Assembly: GCA_030390025.1 (NCBI GenBank)
Contig: CM059431.1
Span: forward strand, 105,960,001-106,024,000
Source: Squalus acanthias
Lineage: Eukaryota
Direction of reading: 5' to 3'
Length of the DNA: 64,000 nucleotides
How positions within the stretch are numbered: the first letter of the stretch is position 1; every line of letters begins with the position of its first letter. Made by a program: the position numbers and the translations under genes. The notes below the pieces were generated by a model. The model ran no database searches and was not told the origin of the DNA. It was given only the letters and a program-made list of their open reading frames with translations. Shown here piece by piece: positions 25,701 through 39,071 of this stretch.

Positions 25701-25955
25701 TTGAGCAAAAGGAGGGGGTCTAAGGATAGATCCTTGGGGGACACCAGAGGTAATGATGCAGGAGCGAGAAGAGAAGCCGTTGCAGGTGATTCTCTGGCTA
25801 TAACTGGAGAGATAAGAATGGAACCAGGCGAGGGCAGTCACAGCCAGCTGGACGATAGAGGACAGGCGTTGGAGGAAGATGGTGCGGCCAACCGTGTCAA
25901 AGGCTGCAGACAGGACGAGGAGGGATAGTTTACCAGAGTCACATAGGGTGTCATT
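22794..25955 (-). mobile_element. L2-type LINE split by a CR1 insertion (L2 parts about 22794-23747 and 25696-25955)
   Basis: RT motifs LSAAFDTV...SGVPQGSIL on the right part; MYADDTQLY on the left part. Confidence 0.85.
23748..25695 (-). mobile_element. CR1 LINE, 5'-truncated, decayed ORF2
   Basis: RT motifs in ORFs 24813..25280 and 24126..24533. Confidence 0.95.
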
Positions 25956-27121
25956 GCTAAATGTAGAGCTCCATGTTAGATGTGCAGAGGTTTCAAAAAT
26001 CATGTTGAGATTATTAATATCAGTCTTGTATGCATTGAAAGTCAGTTGCCTTGTCCAGTGGGACTTGGAAAGATAGGGACTTAATCTTTGAAATCAGTGT
26101 ATGAAATATAAAATACAGTCAGCTGGCTGGGATCAACTGATTTAACAGGAACCGAAAAATGCAATTAGTAATTTCCTCACAATGTCAAAAGAATATTACC
26201 TTACTGTAGCGCATTAATAATTACTAAGCTATGTTTAATGTCTCCCAAGGATACTTGTGACAAAATGAAGCGCTATTTTTAAACCCCAACATTTGATGAA
26301 AGAATTGGGTGAACAGAGTTCAAAAAAAACATTTCACACATAGTTCCGGAAAACGGAAAAAAAAGTCCATTAACATCCTCATCAAATAAGGAGGAACTGG
26401 GACATTTTGGGAAACATTGATAAGTTGGTTATGCAACTTAGCTCTTCTATATTGAAAGATGACGTTCGGACCAGCCCTTTCCGACAGGTCTACACAATAG
26501 GTCCCTCTCACACACTTCACAATACACCCCTCCCGAGAGAGGGATGGGTTCATGCCTGTGAAAGCACACACCATGACTGGCCCCCGATTGTACAAAGAAA
26601 AGCCACCAAGCCCAGAAACACCCCGAAAGAAGGTGGTACAACTCTTGCGCGTCCCATCAAACTGTGCCTGCCTCACCATCCCAACCCCTGAAACATGCTA
26701 AAACAATCAGGCGGGTTTTTATAATGGGCGATGCCTGTTTTACGCCCAGCCACAAGCTGAAAATTGTGCCCCAATGTGTCAACAAACCACCTTCTACAAT
26801 TGAGAAGCCAGTTGATGGTTTTTGCCAAATACCAACATGGATAGCCAACCTATGAAAGACTTTTACGCACCTCGGTGAATATTCCATTCAAAAGTCTCAA
26901 CAAGACTAGCCGTCAGGTTACGTTTGTTTCTGATTGCTTCTTTTATTGTTTACAGTTAAATTGAAGCTGCCTTGTGCTTCACAACGTATTTCCAGTAAGG
27001 ACGGGCAGCACAATATAAAGCCCAGCCGGGGGTCGATACAGGGACGGAAGGATACAGAGCAAGATGTTACAAACATGATAAGCTGCTGTTTTCTATTTAT
27101 TATTCCCACAGAGGAAGGCAA

Positions 27122-27755
27122 ATGGAATATTGGCCTTTATTGCAAGGATATAAAAGTAGCGAAGTCTTGCTACAACTGTACAGGGCGTTAGTGAGACCAC
27201 ACCTGGAGTACTACATACAGTTTTGGTCTCCTTATTTAGGGAAGGATATACTTGCATTGAAGGCAGTTCAGAGAAGGTTCACTAGGCTGATTCCTGAGTT
27301 GAAGGGGTTGTCCTATGTGGAAAGGTTGAGCAGGTTGTGCCTATACTCATTGGAGTTTAGAAGAATGAGAGGTGATCTTATTGAAATGTATAAGATTCTG
27401 AAGGGGCTCAACAGGGGGAGGATGTTTCCCCTCGTGGGAGAATCTAGAACTAGGGGGCATAATTTCAGAATAAGGGGTCATCCATTTAAAACGGAAATGA
27501 GGAGGAATTTCTTCTCTCAGAGGGTCGTGAATCTTTGGAATTCTCTTCCGCAGAGAGCTGTGGAGTCTGGGTCATTGAATATATTTAAGGTGGAGATAGA
27601 CAGATTTTTGAATGGTAAGGGAGCGAAGGGTTATGGGGAGCGGGCAGGGAAGTGGAGTTGAGGCCAAGATCAGATCAGCCATGATCTTATTGAATGGCGG
27701 AGCAGGCTCGAGGGGCCATATGGCCTATTCCTACTCCTGCGTCTTATGTTCTTAT
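27122..27755 (+). mobile_element. CR1 LINE 3' fragment
   Basis: ORF 27122..27661 LVRPHLEYYIQFWSP. Confidence 0.9.
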
Positions 27756-27756
27756 A

Positions 27757-27907
27757 CTGCTGTTTGTGGGACCTTGCTGTGTGAAAATTGATTACATTAC
27801 AACAGTGATTACACTTCAAAAGTACTTCAGTGGCTGTAAAGTGGTTTGGGATGGCCTGAGGTCATGAAAGGTGCTATATAAATGCACATTCTTTCTTTCT
27901 TTCTTTT
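27757..27907 (+). mobile_element. DeuSINE 3' fragment
   Basis: Homology to the SINE tail. Confidence 0.75.
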
Positions 27908-29272
27908 TATTATACAGTACTTCAAATGTGAAGGAGAGAACAGAACACGGGGAGAAAAAAAAATATCGCTGACATAAAGAAATGAAAAGATTAGAGGAAC
28001 AAAAACAAAGATGGGGGAAACTTGTCCTAATTAAAGTGAAGGATAGTCTTTCTCAGCATGCTACATTTTCCTGCTCACATCCAGATAAGACATCATCAAT
28101 ATCCCGAGCACTCTCCCTAAAATGTGCTTCAATTTCACCCATTCCACCACTCCCCACATCACCGTGCACTCCACCAGCTTTCCCACACAATCTATCATTA
28201 TGGCATCTCACAGCTTGAGAGTGAAGCTGTTAAGATTACTGCCAAATTCTTTCCGTTTTGGAGTGGAGACGAATCTCCACTCGGACTCTCTCCGGGGCTG
28301 GCTAAACTCATATCACACAACATCCTTTTAAGGTCATCAGAGTGAAGGCTTTCATCGTATCTATTCAGATCAGATTGGCACTCTGATGCCAACGGTGGAT
28401 GATATTCCAACCTATTGAACTCAGTAGTCACTGGCTATATAAAGAACTAAGACTGCTGAGCTGAATGTAAAAAAAAAGCGCAGTCATTTTAAAAGCAATC
28501 TCGGAAGAAAATCGGATAAAGTATTTTCAGTTCAGATGAATAAGAAGGTCTCAGCTTATGTATTGTCAACGGGCAACTGGTCTGACGTGTGGATATTACT
28601 TATTGCGTTCAGTGAATATCCAAAAATGTTTTTGAAGATTTACCAAATTTAGGGTATAGCGTCTGCCCACATTTGGAATGCTTCTAGATTTTAATTTGGT
28701 TTAGCACTTACCCCGTGAAAGAGGGACAGGGTGCAATCATCCAAGGGGAAAATCTGCAGTCACTGCAAAATAGCAATTTCCTACTGCTGCTCATTTTGAA
28801 TTCCCAGGCTAATGCTAGAAGGAATGTAAGGCATTCGCACACAGGCATCGATTTTCCCCCCTAACATTTTCCACTGCAAATTAAAATGTGTAAACACACT
28901 GTAATTTTACAGCAGATGAATTTAATTGACATCAGCAGGATGCCAGCTCATTTCCCACTGCTTGTGTAAATGACGGATGAGTCACTGGCCCTGTTGCAAA
29001 CATGCTTTAATGCGCAGGGAGTGGGGTTTACTTTTGTTAGATGAACTCCGCTGACTTGCTCCAGAACACCAAAGTTGCATTTCCTTTTTCCTGTCTCTTC
29101 AGTGATGAGCCAGCAAACACAACAGACATGAAAGCGGTACCTCTGTGAAATCATCTACAGTGAAACCTGTAAATTACAGACACCTTAGGCACTGGCATCA
29201 GCTGTTCCTTTTTATTTGCATTCGTTCTTATTTTCAAAATGGTCATAGTATGTAAGTGTAAAAAAAAAATCA

Positions 29273-29417
29273 GCAGAATGGGGAGTTCTTTACCCAGCAT
29301 CCATAGCGGCTGAGAAACCGCTCTATCCCTGGGACAGAGCCGTGCCAGCATTCAATCCCAGAGATAGAGTGGTTTCTCTGCAGCTGTGGATGCTGGGTAA
29401 AGAGCTCCCCATTCCGC
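29273..29417. repeat. Inverted repeat, 62-bp arms, 21-nt loop
   Basis: 29273-29334 vs reverse complement of 29356-29417, 7 mismatches. Confidence 0.9.
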
Positions 29418-29499
29418 CAAAGCCATTTCTTTCACAAAACTCACGGCCGCCTCACACTGACCTGCAGTGGCCTGTGTTTTAAGTTATAAAAGGTACTTA

Positions 29500-32400
29500 A
29501 GAGCATAAGAATTAGGAGCAGGAGTCGGCCATAAGGCCCCTCGAGCCTGCTCCGCCATTCAATATGATCATGTCTGATCTTCGACCTTAATTCCACTTTC
29601 CTGCCCAATCCCCATATCCCTTGATTCCCCTAGAGTCCAAAAATCTATCGATCTCAGCCTTGAATATACTCAACGACTCAGCATCCACAGCCCTCTGCGG
29701 TAGAGAATTCCAAAGACTCACAACCCTCTCAGTGAAGAGCTTCCTCCTCATCTCAGTCTTAAATGGTTGACCCCTTATCCTGAGACTATGTCCCCTAGTT
29801 CTAGACACTCTAGCCAGGGGGAAACAACCTCTCAGCCTCTACCCTGTCAATACCCCTCAGAATCTTATATGTTTCAATGAGATCACCTCTCATTCTTCTA
29901 AACTCCTGAGAGTATTGGCCTAATCTACTCAATATCTCCTCATAGGACAACGCTCTCATCCCAGGGATCAATCTAGTGAACCTTCGTTGCACCGCCTCTT
30001 AGGCAAGTATGTCCTTCCTCAGATAAGGAGACCAAAACTGTGCACGGTACTCCAGGTGTGGTCTCACCAAGGCCCTGTACAATTGTAGTATGACTTCCTT
30101 ACTCTTATACTCCAACCCACTTGCAATAAAGGCCAACATGCCATTTGCCTTTCCTAATTGCTTACTGTACCTGCATGCTCACTTTCTGTGTTTCCTGTAC
30201 AAGGACACCTAAATCTCTCTTAACATCAACATTTAATAGTTTCTCACCATTTAAAATATATTATGTTTTTCTATTCTTCCTACTAAAGTGAATAACCTCA
30301 CATTTCCCCACATTATCCTCCATCTGCTACCTTATTGCCCACTCACTTAATCTATCTTATATCCCTTTGCAGACTCTGTGTCCTCCTCAAAGCTTACTGT
30401 CCCACCTAGCTTTGTATCATCAGCAAACTTGGATACATTGCACTCGGTCCCTTAATCTAAGTAATTAATGTAGATTATAAATAGCTGAGGCCCAAGCACT
30501 GATCCGTGTGGCACCCCATTGGTTACAGCCTGCCAACTGGAAAATGACTCATTTATCCCTACTCTCTGTTTTCTGTCCGTTGATCAATCCTTTATCCATG
30601 CTAATATATTACCCCCAACCCCACAAGCCCTTTTCTTGCATAACAACCTTTTATGTGGCGCCTTATCGAATGCCTTTTGGAAATCCAAATATACTACATC
30701 CACTGGTTCCTCTTTATCTACCCTACTAGTTACATCCTCAAAAAACTCTAATTAATTTGTTCAACACGATTTCCCTTTCATAAAACTATGTTGATTCCCC
30801 CTAATCATATTATGATTTTCGAAGTACCCTGTTACCACTTCCTTAACAATGAATTCCAGCATTTTTCTGACAACTGATGTCAGGCTAACTGGCCTGTAGT
30901 TCTCTGTCTTCTCTTTCCCTCCTTTCTTGATTAGCGGGGTTACATTTGCTACCTTCCAATCCGCTGGGACTGTTCTAGAATCTAGGGAATTTTGAAAGAT
31001 CACAACCAATGCATCCACTATCTCTGCAGCCACCTCTTTTAGAACCCTATGATGTACGCCATCAGGTCTAGGGGATTTGTTGGCTTTTAGTTCCATTAGT
31101 TTCTCAAGTACTTTTTCTCTAATGATATTAATTACTTTAAGTTCCTCACTCTTATTAGACCCTTGGTTCCCCACTATTTTTGGTAAGCATTTTGTGTATT
31201 CTACTGTGAAGACAGATACAAAATATTTGTTTAAAGTCTCTGCCATTTCCTTATTCCCCATTATAATTTCACCTGTCTCAGCCTCTAAGGGACCAACAAC
31301 TTACTTTTGCTACTCTCTTCCTTTTTACATTCTTGTAGAAGCTCTTACAATCTGTTTTTATATTTTTTGCTAGTTTACTCTCATATTCCATTTTCTTCCT
31401 TTTTATCAATTTTTGGTCATCCTCTGCTGCTTCCTAAAGCTCTCCCAATCCTCAAGCTTACTATTATTCTTTGCAACATTATAAGCCTCTTTTTTTAATC
31501 TAATACTATCCTTAACTTCTTTACTTAGCTACGGATGGATCACCTTTCTTGCGGAGTTTTTATTTCTCAATGGAATGTATCTTCGTTGACAATTTTGGAA
31601 TATTTCTTTAAATGTTTGCCACTGCTTATCTAACATCAAACCTTTTAATCTAATTTCCCAATCTACCTCAGCCAACTCCCCTCTCATAATTGGCTTTATT
31701 TAAGTTTAAGGCCTAAAAATTCGGTTGCTTTGCACCTCCCGTTAGCGCCCTAAATGGGGTGCAAAGCAACTAGCGCCCAGACGCGGCGCCGCCAACGCCT
31801 CCCACGAAATTCAGCGGGAGGTTAGCGGCGGCGGTAACGGTTAGCGCCCTGCGGCGCTGTGCCACCGGCGATGATGTCATCGCTGTGCGCAACACCCCGC
31901 TCGCGCCCCGGTCACGATCCTTGGTAGCGGCCCACTGACTTACCACTGGACGCTATGTCCGACGGAATCAGGGGGGCCTACCTGCGGCCGGGGCAGCGCA
32001 AATTAAAGGGAAGGTGCCGGGCGGCCATTTTTGTTTCTAGCTGCCTGCCAGCAACTGCCCCCCGTTGCTGTCCCCGGCCTCCTCTGAAGCCCCCCCCCCG
32101 GGGAGTACCAGCTGCGCTGCATGAGCCCGGCACTTCTCTTGAGTGCCGGGCTCTTTTGCCGGTACTCCGATCCCCTGGTGGCCCAGCTGGGCCCCGGGTC
32201 GCGCTGCGCAAGGCCCCTCCCCTTTAAGAAGGGGAGGAAGGCCTGCAGTACCGCGGAGCGACGCGCTGCGGCACGTAGCGCCGTGATATTCACTCGCAGT
32301 GTCCCAAGAGGGAGGCGGGGCGCTTCCAGTAGCACCCTGCTTCCCTCTTGGGGCGCTATCGATGAATTTCGCCCACGGGGGCGCTAATTTTTTTCGTGGC

Positions 32401-33260
32401 GCTAAAAGTAGCGCCCCGGTGAAGTTAGCGCCCCAAAGGGGGCGCGACTCAATTTCTCCCCCCAAGACTCTTGTTTCAGATTTCATTCTCAAACTCAATG
32501 TGAAATTCTATCATATTATGATCACGCTTCCCCAGAGGATCCTTTACTATGAGATTACTAATTAACCCTGTCTCATTACACAATACAAGATCTAAAATAG
32601 TCTGTTCCTCGGTTGGTTCCATGATGTATTGTTCTAGGAAACTGTCTCAAATGCGTTCCATGAACTCATCCTCCAGACTACCTTTGTCAATTTGATTTGC
32701 CCAGCCTATATGAAGATTAAAGTCCCGCATGATTATTGTATTGCCTTTGTTACAAGCTCCTATTATTTGTTGATTAATACTCTTTCCAATGTTATAGCTA
32801 CTGTTTGGGGACCTATAAACTACTCCCACCAGTGATATCTGCCCCATGTTATTTCTTATCTCCACCCATACTGATTTTACTTCCTGATCTTCTGAGCCAA
32901 GATCCTTTCTCATGTCAAGTACCCTGGAATATTTCATTCCCAACCCTGGTCACCTTGCAACCACATGTTTGTAATGGCTATTAGATCAAAGTCATTTATC
33001 TCTATTTGTGCCACTAATTCATCGATCTTGTTACGAATGTTTTGTGCATTCAGATAAACAGCCTTTAATTTGAACTTTTTACAATTATTCCCTGCTTTCA
33101 CCTTATTCGCTGATGCACTGTTACTGTTAAACTCTCTGTCCCTTCCTGTCCCACTCTGCTTATCTTTACCCAAATCACTACACTGCTCCATTGCCTTGAC
33201 TTTTCTCTTTAGATTTCTAAATTTCTCCTCACCTGACCCCTCCCCCCACCCCCGCCCCAT
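29500..33260 (-). mobile_element. Long CR1 LINE with endonuclease and RT remnants, interrupted by a MITE
   Basis: APE-like start YLNAQNIRNKIDEL...DLIAIT, VGVVYRSPNS, RT NYRPVSLTSVV; multiple stops. Confidence 0.92.
31710..32462. mobile_element. GC-rich PIF/Harbinger-type MITE inserted in CR1
   Basis: Same family as 50261-51160 in reverse orientation; 3-bp duplication at the junction (TAA/CAA, or AAG if shifted by 1). Confidence 0.8.
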
Positions 33261-34160
33261 TGAAGGCTGTCTGTAGTTCACAATACGTGGTTTCAGAGTG
33301 CCTCTTGTACATTTTACCCTGTAAGTTAGTTGGGTTTCTCAATAAGTGTCTGTTTTTTTTTTGGGGGGGGGGGTATCTGTTTTATTGTACTGCAAACTGC
33401 TGATCCCATCCCCTCACAGTTCTATTTGAGGACTGCACAATTTGTAACCTTCAATTTGTGACGGTTTAGTCACCTGTATGTGACAAATATAATCTATGGG
33501 AAATGAGCAAACCCAGCTGTGAAGTGTATAAATAAGTGAAGCTAAGAGAAAACGACATCAAAGTAAAAATAATATTTTCAATAAGAAATTGTTGAGCAGC
33601 AATCTTAACATCAGTCACCTCACCGACAGCAATTAGGATTCATTCAACCAGCGCGATTAAATCAGGTAATAAGATTTCTGTTGAATGGAATCAGCAAATT
33701 ATATACAGATTCTGTACATTTTTTTCATAAAAAGCAACCTTGGAAATGCCATTCAACGAACAGCCGTCGCTTAATTTAATTTGCTGTGTACAACACAATC
33801 AACAAGCAGTGACTATTAGCTTTTATATCAGAACCAGTGGCAAATTCCACTTGCAGGTTTCTCATTGAACAGAAAGAATCCCTTAGGCAACCTGGGACAC
33901 TAATAGACTCTGACCTTTGTGAGCTATTCCTTTTATCGACATTTCAAGCAATTTTGTATCTGTTGAGAGTTAAGACAGGGTAATCTTAGCACATGTTGCA
34001 TTATTGGGTTATTGTAACCATGCATCTTTTCTTTGGCATTTCTTTTCACTAATATTGCTTTCCTTTAACTATTTAAGTGCTGACATTGTGGTTTATAAAT
34101 ATTTTTTCCCCTCAACAAATAGTTTGCGACATGCACGATCTTGTGATACCAGTAGCATGT

Positions 34161-34169
34161 GTGTCAGTC

Positions 34170-34211
<42 letters not shown>

Positions 34212-34631
34212 GTGGGTTCAAGTCCCACTCCAGAGCCTAGAGCACAAAATCTAGGCTGACACTCCCAGTGCAGTACTGAGGGAGCGCTGCGCTGTCGGAG
34301 GTGCCGTCTTTTGGAGGAGACGTTAAACCGAGGCCCTGTCTGCTCTCTCAGGTGGGCAGAAAAGATCCCACGGCACTATTTTGAAGAAGAGCAGGTGAGT
34401 TATCCTCAGTGTCCTGGCCAATATTTATCCCTCAACCAACATCACTAAAAAAAAACAGATTATCTGGTCATTATCACTTTGCTGTTTGTGGGACCTTGCT
34501 GTGTGCAAATTGGCTGCTGCGTTTCCTACATTACAACAGTGACTCCACTTCAAAAGTACTTAATTGGCTGTAAAGCACTTTGGGACATTCTGAGGCCATG
34601 AAAGGTGCTACATAAATGCAACTCTTTCTTT
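34161..34631 (+). mobile_element. DeuSINE, full length
   Basis: Homology to other copies. Confidence 0.85.
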
Positions 34632-34834
34632 TATCTGGATTTTTTTTTTAATGAATCACTTTTATCTCTGGGGCCTACCTTTGAAACCATCCCAAATTGC
34701 AGTCATTGATGCCATTTCTGTGGGGATGACGTGGATATTCCATCCAACTCACATCAGACCATCAGGAGAAACCCCCGCAGAAATGACTGGCGCCCATGTC
34801 TGATTCAACGTTACATATTTAGTTGGGTCAGACG

Positions 34835-34920
34835 AGCCAGGGAGTGGCCGATGTCTGCTGTTCCACGATCAAAGAGACCAGTGCCATAAAAACTACAACA
34901 ATCTAACCAAGGCAGGTAAG
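34835..34920 (+). pseudogene. Harbinger Myb/SANT ORF remnant
   Basis: VPRS/RDQCHKNYNNLTKAGK (one frameshift) followed by donor gtaagc; resembles SANT helix 3 RTxxQCRKRFNDL. Confidence 0.5.
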
Positions 34921-35529
34921 GTAAGCATTCTCTGGGCTTCAATTCAGATCTCAGAATTCTATTATGTAAAAAAGTTGTCTGCTGTTTTTTGAAAGTCTGG
35001 TTTCAGCTGGAGATGAGAGTTGTCCTTCTATTTCAATGCTCGTAGAGTGGGGGAGGTTAAGTGCTTTCAAGGTGAGGTCTGCTTATTTGCTCAAGGCAGA
35101 ACCAAAAGGCAAGTAAGGCGTAGAAGACTGTTGCCCTGGGGCACGATCTTTTCAAAGTGCGCAACTGATGAACTTGGCAGCTTCAGTTTCTATGGCCATG
35201 GTCCCTGCTGAGAAGCAGGAAGGCAGCAGATCCCAGGCCTACTTCTCTTCTGCAGCCCCAGGCTATGCGCCAGAAGCACAAGCATTGGAGGACCTGGTCG
35301 CTGAGATTGAGACTCCAATGACGTAGCCAGTAGCTGCCCCATCACCCGAGGCCGCTGCCAGTAGTCACATGACACCTGTTCTCCAGGTCCCCTAGGACCC
35401 ACTTCCTAACTCCCTGATCCTGACCAACATGTGGGAGGGAGAGGCCATGCCCTAGGAGAAGGGCGCAGGTTCACAAATGACAAGCCACTCCTCCTGCTCA
35501 GTTTCTTCCTCATGATCCATCTGTCAGGT

Positions 35530-35830
35530 ACGCTTCGGACTGTACAAGCATAATACCTTCACTGTCAATGACAAGGCCCTGTGGGAGGAAGGCCGTGGCT
35601 TCAAGTCTTCAAGGAACATCTTGCAGAGGTGCCCAATCGCTTCCTTGGTTAAGTGCACTCTGAGCATGCACAGCTCCTCCCATAGTGCCTTGAATGACAT
35701 TTGATCCTTGTACACTCTCTACGAGGGGGTAGTAGCAAGATTTGTTCAGTCTCCAGCCTTGATATAGCTCCATCTGCTCCTCCTCCAGGTTGTCCATGAG
35801 AATCAGGAAGAGGGGAATGGCCAGTCAATA
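35530..35830 (-). pseudogene. Harbinger (HARBI1-like) transposase N-terminal remnant
   Basis: YKDQMSFKALWEELCMLRVHLTKEAIGHLCKMFLEDLKP...RALSLTVKVL resembles the N-terminal helical region of Harbinger transposases; frameshifted and truncated. Confidence 0.6.
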
Positions 35831-35899
35831 GGCCATTGCAATGCTTTTACCTTCTTAACACATAGAAATTAATTGCATCAACTACAACAACTCCAAAAA

Positions 35900-36270
35900 C
35901 TTCAAAAACTTGCTTTTATATAGCGCCTTTAATGTAGTAAAACATCCCAAGGTGTTCACAGGAGCGTTATCAAACAAAATTTGAGACGGAGCTACATATG
36001 GAGATATTAGGACAGCTTTGTAGGTAGGTTTTACGGGGTATCTTAAAGGAGGAGAGAGAGGTACAGAGGCGGAGAGGTTTAGGGAGGGAATTCCAGAGCT
36101 AAGGGCCAAGGCAGCTTAAGGCACGGCCGCCAATGGCGGAACAAAGAAAATCGGGGATGCACAAGTGGCCAGAATTGGAGGAGCACAGAGATCTCAGAAG
36201 GTTGTCGGGCTGGAGGAGGTTACAGAGATAGGGAGGGGGCGAGGCCATGGAGGGAATTGAAAACAAGGCA
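35900..36270 (-). mobile_element. L2-type 3' fragment
   Basis: Homology to other copies. Confidence 0.8.
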
Positions 36271-36747
36271 CTGTTTAAAATCGTGGCGCTGTTGGACCGT
36301 AGGTTAGCAAACACAGGGATCTTGGGTGAACCGGACTTGAACTGGAGTCTGGATGGCAAAACTGACCAAAAAATCCTGAGAAAATTAGGAAAAGAATTCT
36401 TGAGAACAATTTCCAAATTGATGGGGTGAGGCTCCACACTTTTACATAGATTATATAGCAGAGAAACAGGCTATTCGGCCCAAACCAGGTCACCCACAGC
36501 ATTATTTTCCAGTCTTAAGAGGCTGCGGTGCTTTTAATGGCGATACTGGCATAAATCCAAACCCCAGTCAACTCAAATCAACGGCGATTGCGAATTTCCT
36601 GAATTTAGGCTAGTTTTCTCACCGCAGACATCTAACGGTGCATTTCAAATCATAAGTTCAAAATAATTGACTGACGTAAAATTAAATATCTATTGTTTCT
36701 TGATAAATTTAATTCTGAGCTAAAACTCATCAAAACACTTTATCATT

Positions 36748-37533
36748 GCGCGCTACGTTTAGTGTATATTGTGTGCTAGGTTTAGTGTATATTGTGTGCT
36801 ACGTTTAGTGTATATTGTGCGCTAGGTTTAGTGTATATTGTGTGCTACGTTTAGTGTGTATTGTTCGCTAGGTTTAGTGTGTATTGTGCCCTAGGTTTAG
36901 TGTGTATTGTGCCCTAGGTTTAGTGTATATTGTTCGCTAGGTTTAGTGTATATTGTGCCCTAGGTTTAGTGTATATTGTGCCCTAGGTTTAGTGTATATT
37001 GTGCCCTAGGTTTAGTGTATATTGTGCCCTAGGTTTAGTGTATATTGTGTGATACGTTTAGTGTATATTGTGCGCTAGGTTTAGTGTATATTGTTCGCTA
37101 GGTTTAGTGTGTATTGTGCCCTAGGTTTAGTGTGTATTGTGCCCTAGGTTTAGTGTATATTGTTCGCTAGGTTTAGTGTATATTGTGCCCTAGGTTTAAT
37201 GTATATTGTGCCCTAGGTTTAGTGTATATTGTGCCCTAGGTTTAGTGTATATTGTGCCCTAGGTTTAGTGTATATTGTGCGCTAGGTTTAGTGTATATTA
37301 TGCGCTAGGTTTAGTGTATATTGTTTGCTAGGTTCAGTGTATATTGTGCCCTAGGTTTAGTGTATATTGTTTGCTAGGTTTAGTGTATATTGTGCCCTAG
37401 GTTTAGTGTATATTGTGCGCTAGGTTTAGTGTATATTGTGCGCTAGGTTTAGTGTATATTGTGCGCTAGGTTTAGTGTATATTGTGCCCTAGGTTTAGTG
37501 TATATTGTTCGCTAGGTTTAGTGTATATTATGC
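36748..37533. repeat. 23-bp minisatellite, about 34 copies
   Basis: Unit gtttagtgtatattgtgc(c/g)ctag, head to tail with no spacers. Confidence 0.97.
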
Positions 37534-38159
37534 ACATATGCAAGGAGCCTTATGCCTATATAATGCGGCCACCAGGGACGCCTGGATATTGTCTGAGCCA
37601 TTATGGTGTCAGACGTATTTCAGGCACCCTTGAGACATATCCCTGAAATATTAGATCCTTCTTGTCCCCATTTCACGCCCAAAAAACGGGCGAAAGAGGC
37701 TCTGGTTTGTATAATCTGGGACTTTTTAAGTAGCTTAAATTACTAATTTCACCTTCTAACTAAATGGTCAAAAATAAGTCTGTTTGTAAGAATGTTCCTG
37801 AATACTGCAGCTGAGTGTGTCCATGACTCGACTGATCTTCTGGAAGTGATCAAGTTTAATACAGTGAAAGGGATTTGAAATGCAGAATTCGATGACTCAG
37901 GTCATGCCAATATTGATTTGTTTAATTGATGCAGATGGGTTAAGCCTTTGGCTGCACTGCTTCTGAGGTCTCTGATTCACCATTATGCTCGCTGCTGTGC
38001 ATTGAAATTACTACAGGAAACTTTGGATTAAATAATGGGATTGGGGCAGGAAACAGCATAATTAATGGCATGTGTCGCTGTTTCAGGAAAATCTGGACCA
38101 TTATCACATTTTGTTTTAAATACTAACATTGCGAATTCATGAGTAATAATAGAGAAAAG

Positions 38160-38618
38160 AAATAAAGACTTGCATTTATATAGCGTCTTTCATGACCACC
38201 GGACGTCCCAAATCACTCTACAGCCAATGAAGTACTTTTTGGAGTGTAGTCACTGTTGTAATGTAGGAAACGCGGCAGCCAATTTGCACACAGCAAGCTC
38301 CCACAAACAGCAATGTGATAATGACCAGATAATCTGTTTCAGTGATGTTGGTTGAAGGATAAATATTGGCCAGGACACCGGGGATAACTCCCCTGCCCTT
38401 CTTCAAAATAGCGCCATGGGATCTTTTACGTCTACCTGAGAGAGCAGACGGGGTCTCGGTTTAACGTCTCATCCGAAAGACAGCACCTCCGACAGTGCAG
38501 CACTCCCTCAGCACTGCACTGGAGTGTCAGTTTAGATTTTTGTGCTCAGGTCTCTGAAGTGGGACTTGAACCCACACCCTCTGACTCAGAGGTGAGGGTG
38601 CTACTCTCTGAGCCACAG
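38160..38618 (-). mobile_element. DeuSINE, full length
   Basis: Homology to other copies. Confidence 0.85.
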
Positions 38619-39071
38619 ATATTTGACATTGCTTTCTGAGGTCTTCCTCTAGAATTTGGAGTTGCCATGGAAACTGAATGCTCTCCAGTCGAAAGCAGAA
38701 TGCTTGAAGCACCTTTCGGCTTGTTACAAGTTCCTGCGTACCTCCAAGAACTGTACTCCTGACTTTATGGAAGCTTTTCAGCATTGTAAAACAGGGTGGC
38801 ATTATCTTCTCTGAGAATACTCAACAAAATGTACTGTAAAATCAGAGAGAACAGAGAATACTTGGACACAGTTAGTTGAACATACCCTTTTACATTTCAT
38901 TCTTATTTTTGTCTCTCTTCACATTATCTGTCACATTTTTCACATTCAATAGACTCATTCACAGTTTCTGTGTTTAAAGGTCTGTAAGGATCCTATGTAA
39001 TCCTATGTAAAAGCTGTTAAATAAACCCACCCTAAACTGCTATATGAAACATTATTATATCCCAGTAGTAA

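Noticed and set aside
31955..32498. GC-rich ORFs and apparent CpG-island promoter
   Set aside because: Inside a MITE inserted in a CR1; same family as 50261-51160
36748..37533. CRISPR-like regular array
   Set aside because: Units are contiguous with no unique spacers, and the context is vertebrate
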